Assembly: GCA_035221665.1 (NCBI GenBank)
Contig: CM069134.1
Coordinates: 90,892,001-90,956,000 of the forward strand
Origin: Okamejei kenojei
Taxonomy: Eukaryota
Direction: 5' to 3'
DNA length: 64,000 bases
Positions 37,148-48,200 of this stretch are shown piece after piece. The notes below the pieces were generated by a model. It did not search any database, was not told where the DNA came from, and was given only the letters and a program-made list of their open reading frames with translations. Made by a program: the position numbers and the translations under genes. Numbering within the stretch: position 1 is the stretch's first letter; each line of letters opens with the position of its first letter.

Positions 37148-38795
37148 CAATTCTTTTTTGAACTGGGCGTAACGTTGTTCAGTGTCAGTTAGTGTGCGAG
37201 AGGCGTAAGAAGCAGGCTTGCAGTCGCCATAGGTAGTGGTCTGCAGGCAAGCAGCGCCAAGTCTGTACTGGGACGCATCGCACGTGAGCGTTACTGGTAA
37301 CTCCAAAGCAAAGTAGGTGAGAGTAGGTGCGCTAGCCAGCTGCAACTTGAGAGTGTCAAAAGCTCTTTGGTGCTGCGGATACCAGGACCATGCAGCATCT
37401 TTGTGTGTCAGTTCTCGCAGGGGGGCAGATATGTCGCTGAGGTTGGAAATAAATTTCCCCAGGTACTTGACCATTCCAAGGAACCTTTGTAGACCCGCAA
37501 CGTCAGTAGGAACCGGCATTTCGTTGATAGCTGCGGTTTTTGATGGGTCTAGTCTGAGACCATCACTTGTGAAAACATGTCCGACGTAGATAGCTTCTGG
37601 TACTCAAAACTTGCACTTCGGGGGATTGTGTTTGAGCTGAATGTCTTTGGCACGGTCTAGTACTTTCTTCAGATTGGCATCATGTTCAGCCAGGTGGCGT
37701 CCGAAGACGAGAATGTCATCAACAATGATGGCGGATGGATACTCAGCAAACAATTGTTCCATGGTGCGCTGGAAAACGAAGATGGCGTTGATGCCAAAGG
37801 GCATTCTCAGAAATTTGTAGCGGCCGAAGGAGGTGCCGAACGTAGAAAGATTGGACTAGTCTGGGTCCAGTGGAATCTGCCAAAACGAGCTTTTAGCATC
37901 CAGAACGGAGAACACTGATACGTTGCCTATTTGAGCAGCAACTTCCTCTACTGTTTGCATAGGGTAGTGTGGCCGTTTGATAGCAGTTTTAAGATCTCTG
38001 GGGTTTATGCAGATATGGATCTCCTCTTTGTTTTTTTTCATTCACACCACCATGTTGGAAACCCAGTCAGATGGGTCGGTAACTTCAGCAATAACACCCA
38101 CGGAGACCATCCGCTTGAGTTCATTGTGTACTCTGTCATGCATGGCATGCGGAACACTATGTGGTGCTCGGACCAAGATACAGGTTTTACCATAAGCTAT
38201 ACAGAACTGCCGACCCATAGCATGAAAATAGTTGCAATTTGGACATCGAACAGCAGACTGGGAATAGCTGTTACAAGAGGAGGTGTCTGTAAGATTGACA
38301 CCATACTGCGAACGCTGACCGGATGTCACAGACTTAGTGTGAGAAGATGTTATCTCAGCAATCCGGCAGGCGTGCTCGGCTTGATTAAGGGTTAGGTCAG
38401 TGTTATAGAGCAGTTCATCCCTTAACTGTAATCAAGCATACCTCCAACAATTTTGTCATGGATGGCTTCATCGCACAGATCACAAAACTGGCAGCGTGCA
38501 ACCATGTCTTTTAAGCCACTGATAAAACGGTCAATTGGTTCATCAATCTGTTGCATACAAGCATAAAACCTGGTACATTCAATAATGTAGTTCGAGGGCA
38601 GGTCACACAACTGCAAGTAAGGGTCATCAATCGTCTCGGCAGGCACTAGTAGCTGTCCATTAGCATCTAAAATGGCAAGCTCAAATGTGAAATTGTCAGC
38701 ACGATTAATTGCCTCTGGGCCCTCTAAGTTGAGTAATACAGAAGCATGCACATCAGGAGGGTGGTTGCAAAGAACGATGTGAACATAGTGAGTGT

Positions 38796-39110
38796 TACAC
38801 AAAAGCTGGAGAAACTCAGCGGGTGCAGCAGCATCTAAGAGGCGAAGGAGATAGGCGACGTTTCGGGTCGAGACCCTTCTTCAGACTCTGAAGAAGGTTC
38901 TCAACCCGAAACGTCGCCTATCTCCTTTGCCACCAGTCTGAAGAAGGGTCTCGACCCGAAACGTCGCCTATCTCCTTCGCCGACCAGTCTGAAGAAGGGT
39001 CTCGACCCGAAACGTCGCCTATCTCCTTCGCCTCTTAGATGATGCTGCACCCGCTGAGTTTCTCCAGCCTTTTGTGCAACCCTCGATTTTCCAGCATCTG
39101 CAGTTTCTTC
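38796..39110. mobile_element. Inverted plus 3x tandem Penelope-terminal-derived element in Gypsy gag
   Basis: 17-bp TSD gtgaacatagtgagtgt (38779-38795, 39111-39127). Cores at 38888, 38938 and 38989 (+) and about 38857-38884 (-). Confidence 0.92.
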
Positions 39111-40069
39111 GTGAACATAGTGAGTGTAGCCACGCTCGAAAAGAGGCCAGCATTCAGCAATGCCAGAGTCGAAGATCAGAGGACTAGGACGGCGAGACAA
39201 GTTTGCCATAATAGAGATAACCGGCACATAAACAAATAAAAATAAACCCGATAAACGTGAACGGAGTAGGTAAGACTCACTCTCTGACACCATATAATGA
39301 GTTGACTCAAACACATATCAAGATACAACACATGTTTATTAAATCTACTTACAGCATCGATCCGCAGAACATTATAGTTCCTAGCAGCTACTCATACCGG
39401 ATGGCGTAGGCAAGCTCTTGTTAATATAAAATGGATATTAGGCGGAGCAACTACTAACAAGCACCACAATTGGCTAGTAGGAAATAACAATCTACACCTT
39501 GAATATTAGTATTCTCCGCACTGATCTCATTCTCCTCCATGTCCTTGGTGAAAACAGATGCAAAGTACTAATTTAGTACCTTGCTTACATCCCAGTATGC
39601 AAGCACAAACTTAATTTATGAACAGTCCTACCATCTATCTGGTTATCTTCTTGTATTTAATGTAGGTATAGAAAGCCTTGCGATTTTCTTTAATCCTGCT
39701 TGCCAAAGCCATTTTGTGCATCCTTTTGACGCATCTAATTGCCCACAAGTTATTTTCTCTTTGCTTTATATTCCCCTAAGGCTCTGAATTAATCTTCTTA
39801 AACCTTGCATGCATGTACTTATACTTCTTCATCAAATTTTAAACTTCTTTGGTCATCCTATATTTCTTGAATATGCCATCCTTAAATCATCCTTACGGGA
39901 ACATTTAGTTCCTGAACTTCAATCAACTGACCTTTAAATTACTCCAATAGGTTATTTTGTGGATACCTAATAGCAACTGTTACCAGTGTACCCTCCTAAC
40001 CTAACCTGCTGCCTAATAACATTGCAATTTGCTTTACTCCAATTTAGTACCTTCCCTCAAGGTCCTTGC

Positions 40070-40565
40070 TCTAATCAAGGAGGGTCCTAGTGAGACCATA
40101 TTTGGAATAGTGTGTGCAGTCTGGTGTCCCCAAGAAGGAGGTGCTCTCTGGATTGATTCCAAAAGTGGTGCATCTGTTGCATGAGGAAAACTTCAGTTGC
40201 CCAGAGTTTAAAAGAACGAGAAGCGATCACATTAAATGGTAAATAAATTCTTAAGGGAGTTGAGAGGTAGATGTGGAGTTAATATTTCATTGTCTGGGTC
40301 CACATTCTCAAAATAATGGAACAACCATACAGGACAGAAATGTCTTCATGGTGAATCTTTGGAATTCACTATCTGAGATGGCTGTGATGATTCAGTCATT
40401 AAATAGACAGTATTCAAAGACAGATTAATAGATTATACTGTGGGACATGACTAGTGCAGGAAAGTGGCACTGACCAGAAAGATCAGTTGCTATCTTATTG
40501 AATGGCAGATCAGGCAAAAAGGGATGAATGTCTGTACCTGCTTCTAATTTTCATGTCCTCATGTT
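40070..40565 (+). mobile_element. Old CR1 3' fragment
   Basis: ctagtgagaccatatttggaatagtgtgtgcag and gtgaatctttggaattc resemble the CR1 at 10760-11330. Confidence 0.6.
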
Positions 40566-40774
40566 CATTCATATGCGACATTAAATCAAGACATCAGTTG
40601 CTTCTTGAGATTGTGTTAGACCCTTTCATGAGAAGGGCGGGATTCTCGTCTCTAGTGCAGGGTAATAATTTCTTTGTTTCCTACCACCATTGACTACCCT
40701 TCAAATGTGTAAGCCCAGAAGAGCACTGAAATAACTGAGTCTAGTGTTAAAATGCAGGATGAGGTAATTAGGTT

Positions 40775-41210
40775 AATAATAATAATAGTAATAATACTTT
40801 ATTGTCATTATACATACATACAACAAAATGCACTGCCCAAGCGGAGCTCCAACGTATCAGATAAATAATAACAAATAAATGGCAAGAAAACATCAAGTCA
40901 TAATGTGCAATATTTCACAGTATAGTGTTGTGGCAATACAAAATATTGGCTATGGGGGCTGCGTGTTCAATGCAGAGTTCAGAGTTGTGATGGCCTTGGG
41001 GTACAAACTGTTAATTAATCTTGTGTAGTGTGATTTGATGGACCTGTAACGCTTTCCTGAGGGCAGAAGGGCAAACAAGTGATGTGCGGGATGAGATGAG
41101 TCCTTTAGGATGCGTGATGCCCTCCGCAGGCAACAAGAGCTATAGATTGCTTCCAGGGTCGGCAGTTGTGGGTTGGTGATCTTCTGGGCTCTTTTGATGA
41201 CTCTCTTGTA
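40775..41210 (-). mobile_element. Rex1/Babar LINE 3' fragment
   Basis: RRASRILKDSSHPAHHLFALLPSGKRYRSIK; tgacaataaa plus (TTA)n tail. Confidence 0.85.
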
Positions 41211-42204
41211 AATGATGCTTTGTATTTGCAAAACGTTTTTTATTGAAACGATAATCATCCACAGTGTGCAATTATATTGCTGCACCAGTCTTAAACTCCA
41301 GTGATCTTAGAAGGCTTACTTTATCTTAATTCTAGCATTGTGTCATGAGGCCTGGCATTATCAGGGGACATCGATGTTGTGCAGAAATTGCATTTTCAGT
41401 GAAAGAATGGGCGGTTAATTAAAAGCCAAAGAATTTGCAGATATTAGAAAATCCGAATTTACAGAAAATGCTGGAAATGTGAACAAGGTCAATTATCATT
41501 GATGCTGCTGACCTGCTGGGCATTTCCAGAATGTTCTGTATTTATGCAGTTACCGATAATGAATTCCATTCACTCTTTAATCATTGGCCTATTGTTCACT
41601 CATGTGTTCATTATTTATTGTTACAATAAGGATTATTCCATTATCTGAATGATTAACTAAATTATTATTATGCAGCAGATGCAAGACTTTAGTCTCATTA
41701 ATAAATCTGCAGTCAATTAACAGCTACGCTGCTGGAGTTTTGAGCAATAGTTTCTTCATTGTTTATTGTGAATGCAATTTCAGTCATGGAATTCATAAAT
41801 AAAAATAGTACTCACGTGATGCACAAATTGATAATTGGTGTAATGAATATGGAAGCTGCATGTAAAAATGGTGGTAGAAAGTAGTCCACCAGAGAGAGAA
41901 AAACTCAACTTATAGCAGGGTGGTACAATGCAGTAAGAAGTTACTCAGTCCATGATTCCCACATAAACCCGTTTAGTGGAGACACTGTGTGATGCTCCAC
42001 TGTTTGTCTTCTCCAATTTAGTTCTGCTTCACCATTCACTACTTAAATCCCCTCACAGAAAGGTATAAAGGTACTTCAATCCAATGGTTTCAAAACAAAA
42101 CCACATTCCTTCCAAGTCTGTAAATGTTTGGAGACAATATCCAAGAACCCCCCCTCCCTGATTGGCATCACTAGAGATGCTATTTATTGGCAGCAGTATT
42201 TGAG

Positions 42205-42515
42205 TCAAACAGTGTGCAAACAGGCCTTTAAGCCCACCAAGTCTGCACCACTTACCTAGCACCCATATAGTAATTAATTTTCTTGGTTCACATCATATTC
42301 CCACTTTCATCAGGTCCTCCCAGATTTATCACCAATTTCCACACTAGTGACAATTTACAGTTGCTGATTATCCTACTAAGATACCTCCTTTGGGTTGTGG
42401 AAAGAAACTGGAGAACCTGGAGGAAATCTATGTAGTCATCAGAAAACCACACAAACACCCGAGTTGCCTGAGCCTGTGGCACTGCTGTAGTGCCCTCAAC
42501 TGTTGTACTTTGCCT
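42205..42515 (-). mobile_element. tRNA-derived SINE (old)
   Basis: Similar to 5169-5455. Confidence 0.55.
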
Positions 42516-42837
42516 CCAAAATTAATTCTATTGAATCATGGAAAAGTTACAATATGGGAGGAAATACGCAACCTAGTCCAAACTTTCAGCACTGCGTCCA
42601 TAACCCTGCAGCTCATGGCTCTTTAAGTACACATCCAGGTGCTGTTGACATATGCTTCTAAATACTGCTTCAGGCCACAAGGTCCAGGCTCTGTCAACTA
42701 TTTTCTTTCCTTATCTTCCCTTTAATCCTCCACCCCCACCTCCCTCCACTCTCCCAGTAATTACTTTCAATCTATGCTCACTGACTTAAATCCTCTGTTA
42801 ACTTGGGAAAATGGAGACAGTGTACAATGCACACTGA

Positions 42838-43468
42838 TAGAGTGAACAGTGTGGAAACAGGCCCTTCGGCCCAACTTGCCCACACCGGCCAATATGTCCC
42901 AGCTACACTAGTACCACCTGCCATCTCTTGGTCCATATCCCTCCAAACCTACCATGTACCTGTCTAACTGTTTCTTAAACGTCGGGATAGTCCCAGCCTC
43001 AACTACCTCCTCTGGCAGCTTGCTCCATACACCCACCACCCTTTGTGTGATGCTACCACACTGCACTGTGTAGATTCCTAGGTAAACTATGAATGGGGGA
43101 GGAGATAGCATGTTGATAGCGTGCAGAAAGATTGCTCCCGATGTTGGGGAGGTCCAGAACAAGGGGTCAGTCTAAGGATAAGGGGGAATTCCTTTAGGAC
43201 CGAGATGAGGAAAACATTTTTCACACAGAGAGTGGTGAGTCTCTGGAATTATCTGCCACAGAAGGTAGTTGAGGCCAGTTCATTGGCTATATTTAAGAAG
43301 GAGTTAGATGTGGCCCTTGTGGCTAAAGGGATCAGGGGGTATGGAGAGAAGACAGGTACAGGATACTGAGTTGCATGATCAGCCATGATCATATTGAATG
43401 GCGGTGCAGGCTCGAAGGGCCGAATGGCCTACTCCTGCACCTATTTTCTATGTTTCTATGTTTCTATG
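42838..43468. mobile_element. Two CR1 3' ends in opposite orientation (42838-43050 minus, 43120-43468 plus)
   Basis: TQRVVGVWSKLP on the minus strand; FFTQRVVSLWNYLP and the tttctatgtttctatg tail on the plus strand. Confidence 0.85.
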
Positions 43469-44232
43469 ATCCTGGGAGTGCCGGTAAAGTGGGAAGCCAA
43501 TCTTCTTCCCAAAGCAGCACTGGAAACAGATTATATTAATCCATCCAGCTGTTTGTGTTGTCAGGTTCTCTGAGAATCATCAACTAGCCAGGAGATATAA
43601 AATAAAAGGTAAAATGAGGCAATATCCTCACTTAAAATTTTATCATGTGGAAAATGTCCTAAAAGTCCTCTGCCATCACAATAACTGGAAGTGGGCTTGT
43701 TGTTGATCGGGCTTCTGATTTGTATTAAATCCATATCCATCCCTTGCCAATTGTGAGGAGGACAGGTGGGTGGGCTGGAAGAGGGATGTTTAAAATTATC
43801 TCCTGCCTATGGCTTCATAAAGATTTTTATAAATATTTTGAAAGCCATACAAAATCAGTGTACAGGTTTTACAATAGAGGAGATAAACGTAATATTTATT
43901 TAGCAGTTACATGATTTATCAGGGCATCCATGTATTAATTTCTGAAATATTCTGATTATTATATGAAAGACAAAACTTTGATTTTCATCACATATGTTTG
44001 TACCACATTATATTGTTAACACTAATGTTAACACAGTTTTAATGTGAAAATAAAAACCATAAAATAAAACCAGATTTATGACAATAAAATAATCCTACTA
44101 CGAAATATCCATACCCAAAATAGCCAAAGAAACCCACTGATAAGATATTTTTAATGAAGAAAATCTTCAGAACCAAATCTTATAATTTCTAACCATAATC
44201 CCTTCCCAACACTTGGTTATCTCTTTAGAATA

Positions 44233-44574
44233 CTAGACTAAAGGGGGGTGGAGGAACTCGACTCAGCGGCCACCGGTCGTGGCACCACGCATCGCCTCCC
44301 GACTCCACACAGCCGCTTACCCGACTCTACACAACGGCTTTCCCGGCCCCACACAGCAGCTTTCCTGACAGGCGAGAAGACCAATCTGCTGATCTCACGA
44401 TTATTCAAACCTTCATAACTTTTGTATAATTCCACCAATCGGAACAAAACTTGGTGGGTTGGAGTAGAGGAGAGCGGCGAGTAAGCTGGTGAAAAATAAT
44501 ACCTTATCGATAAAAGGTACAGTTTTTGCGCAAATTAAAAAGAATCAAGATGAGAGTTTTAGTAATAGTATAGA
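44233..44574 (-). mobile_element. Probable non-autonomous Helitron
   Basis: Minus strand reads A|TCTATACTATTACTAAAA...GTCTAG|T: 5'-TC and CTAG-3' ends in an A|T site, with no TSD or TIR. Confidence 0.55.
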
Positions 44575-45187
44575 TAGAAGATAGATGACAGACTGCTCTA
44601 GTGACATTTGCTTCTTCCCAAATGTGACCTTTTGTTTTAAAACTCCTCAGTTTTGAAAGGTGTTCCCCACTAGCTCAATCAAAGCCCAAATACAGGTATC
44701 AGGTCCACTTAAAGCCTTTTCTCCAAATAATCTTTTCCTTTTTTCCCACAATATAAATATTGATAGAAACACTTCCCACTTCCCCCGCTGAGATTAATCT
44801 TGCTACAGTATTGAGTCATGGAATTATAGATACTAAATAACTACCGCTCCATAAGAATTTTAACTATACCTGCAAAAACATGGTAAAATGCATCAAGACA
44901 CTTCAGATGTGGGTTATTAAACAAACATATGAGGAGCTATTAAACCACAATGCATTGACATGTAGCAGGTGATTCTATAGCAGCCATGTATTCATCAAGG
45001 CATTCAGAATTTCTGCACCTGCTGATTGCATGGCATGCACTAGTGCGCCTTGAACTTAGCACTAATGTCAGGGAGATTCCTTGAGACACTGGCTCCAAAT
45101 TAAGGTGCTGGATACGCTTCATATATGCACCCCTCCTCTTCCCAGCTGTACATCAGCCTTGCTGTAATCCATCCTGCAATCTAGAAT

Positions 45188-45276
45188 AAACACAAAATGC
45201 TGGAGTAACTCAGCGGAAGTTCCGAAGAAGGATCTAGACCCGAAACATCACCCATTCCTTCGTTCCAGAGATGTTG
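45188..45276. mobile_element. Penelope-terminal-derived element split by the BEL insertion (continues at 50974-51020)
   Basis: ccagagatg on the left and ctgcctgtcccgctgagttactcc on the right join across the BEL element. Confidence 0.8.
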
Positions 45277-48200
45277 TATAGTGGCAGATTAATATATCGT
45301 TCATGGAATTTCTTCCTCTAGCCACTACGAGAAGACACGGGGGTAAGGAGATAGCAACGTTTACGCATGGGAGCTCTCCACGAGACATTCAAAACCATCG
45401 AAAGTTAAATCTTCAAAAAACAGTCTCTTGATTAATAGTTCTTTATTGTCGAAGTAAAACAGTAAGATATTCATCCAAACTTCTTCTTGTTAAGTACATT
45501 TTAATCTTACTCGTAGTCAAACCAGCATGTGGCTCTACGTGTTAAAAAGCTCCGAACATGTTAGGAAGCTCCGACTATGGTTGAAAGCTATGCCATCCCA
45601 CCATGCTTCTTCTGAACTAAACTAAAAGACTACAAGCTTCTGCGTGAGAATCCCAGCAGCAAACACACCTCCGACTACGTGATAAATCCCACCCACATAA
45701 TTACAGGCAGACAAAATTTAAAGGCAAATGCCATAATTTATAACACACTATATTAAGCCAAATGGCCACTACATACCAACCCCTAATTGTTCAGAGTATA
45801 TAACGGGGCAATTACTAATAGACATCAAAAAAGTAGCTATGAAGGCTTAACATATATGAGAAACAAAATATAGCATGCATTATATATCCGCATTCAGACT
45901 TCTTCAGCGATTCTTTCATCTTCACCTTTGCTTTCTAGAAGCAAGCATAACTTAGTTATTGGTCTTATTAAAATATTGTTTTTAGTTTGAAGTTGTACCA
46001 TGCGCACCAAGCCCTTAACATCAGGTATGATACCCAGTATATAGTCCAAAACACAAAAGTCCAAAGTTTTGATAGCATGAAACTTCTTCCTCCATGTCCA
46101 ATCAATTCATGGATGTGTTGTAACAATAATGTTGAAGTGTGAAAATCCTTCAAGAGAATAATAGGATGTTTAGCAATAACGTTCACTGTGATGTTTAATT
46201 TCCGGATCATTAGCAGAGATTTCAAATCCCAGCTCAAGTTTTGGTCATTTTCTGTCTGGCTTACAGATAAACTCTGGTCCATTGATTCATCTCTTATTGC
46301 TTGAGAAGCAGTCTGCTGTCAGTCCTCTGGAAGCTTCATCCGCAGGATTTTCTTTTGTGTTAACATATTTCCATTGTGAAACATTAGTGGCTCCCAATAC
46401 AAAAGAGGTTCTGTTTGCTACAAATGTCAAGAAACGTTTGTTCTCATTGTTGAAATATTTAAACACCATAGGACTATCTGTCCAGAAGATAGATTCTTCC
46501 AGTTGAAGCTGTAGTTCCTTTTGCAGCAATATGTCAACTTTAACAGCTAAGACTGCGGCAGTAAGTTCCATTCGGGAAATTGTCATGTTTCAATGGTGCC
46601 TATCTTGGCTTTTCCCATTAAGAATGCAATATGTACTTCTTTGTTATCATTTTCCAGTCTTAGCTATGAAACAGTACCATAGCCACTATCACTGGCATCT
46701 GAGAAATTATGCAGCTGTGCACCTCTGATGTTACCAAAGCTTGTAGGCTTCATGCAACGGTCCACTTTGAATTCTGAGATCTTGTTGAGATCTGCTAACC
46801 ATTCTGTCCATTGGTGAGAGGAAGTTTGTGTTATACTCTCATCCCATCCAAGTTTTTCCTTACAAAGATCCTGCAAATTCAACTTGGCTGGCAGTGTAAA
46901 TGGTGCAAGAAATCCCAAAGGGTCATAAATGGAACCAATCACGGATAGGATACCTCTTCTAGAACATGGTCGCTCTTGAATCGAGATTCTGAACTTGAAC
47001 ACATCTGTTTCAATGCACCAGTGCAGTCCCAATGCTCTTTCCATTGGCAAATTGTCTTTGTCCAAATCCAACTCACTGGTCTCTTGGCTCTATCATTTGG
47101 TAGAATGCATTCCAATACAACACGATTGTTGCTGGCCCATTGGAAAGCGTGTATGCTCCCTTATTGCAAATGGAATTCAGATGCTTTACCATTTGAACTG
47201 CTTCCTGCTCGGTAGACATGGATTTTAAGCAATCATCCACAGAGAAATTATTCTTCAAAGAGGTTATCACTTTTTCTGGAAAGTGAACTTTATTGTCCTC
47301 TGCGGTCTTCTTTAATGCAAAGTTTGCACAACTTGGTGATGACATTGCTCCAAAGAGATGTACCTTCATCCGGTAATCAACAAGATCTTCTTGTACATCC
47401 CCTTCAGGCCACCATAAGAATTGCAAGTAGTCAATGTGTTTTCTGATACTTTGAATTGATAAAACATCGCTCTGAAATCAGCCATCAAAGCAATTGGTTC
47501 TTGTCTGAATTTAATGAGAACTTCAATGAGCGAGTTAGTAAGGTCTGGACCTCGCAGTAGTTGACAGTTAAGTGATATTCCTTTGAAGACTGCAGTACAG
47601 TCAAAGACCACCCTCAAGGTCCCTTTCTTCGAATGATACACCCCATGTGCGGAATGTACCTTAGCTCTCCATCACTTCAATTCAGTTGGTTTGTTGGTAC
47701 CATTTCGGCATAATCATTGTCAATCATATCCTTTAGGAAATGTTGTATTCTTGCCAAACTTGCGTTTCAAATTCTGGATGCGTTGTTCTGCCATACGACG
47801 ATTATTCAGTAGACTAATACTTTCTTGTTTGAAAGGTAAGTCCAGACAATAGTGTCCGTCTATCATCTTTACTGAGTAGTTCATAATATCCAAGAACTTT
47901 AACTCTTCCCTGGACATTTCCTCAGATTCTTTACTGGTATTTTCATTGAAGTCATGATTGTATTGCTTAATCAATAGCTTTTCTAGTTTACCAGTAGATA
48001 TTTGATTAACAACAGCGGCAGGGTAGTTTTTCTGGTTCCCGCTTTCATTGTTCCTTCTCATGAAGCCATAGATAACCCAACCGAGTAGGGTTTTCACAGC
48101 AAACAGTCCATCACCATGGCTCCTCACAATCTGTATAGGTTCCAATGCCTTGAAGGCATTCGTTCCGATAAGTAGGTCAATACCAGAATTTATTTTAGAT

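Larger units (their letters stand above)
35275..39496 (-). mobile_element. Gypsy LTR retrotransposon, internally deleted
   Basis: LTRs 35275-35659 and 39293-39496; perfect TSD ccttg (35270-35274, 39497-39501); PBS tggtgtcaga; gag, RT (VLDAKSSFWQI, IVDDIL), RNase H (CDAS, DHQPL) and integrase zinc finger remnants. Confidence 0.93.

Noticed and set aside
38857-39020. Regularly spaced palindromic repeats resembling a CRISPR array
   Set aside because: The spacers are near-identical, there are no cas genes, the context is vertebrate, and the unit is the Penelope terminal motif.
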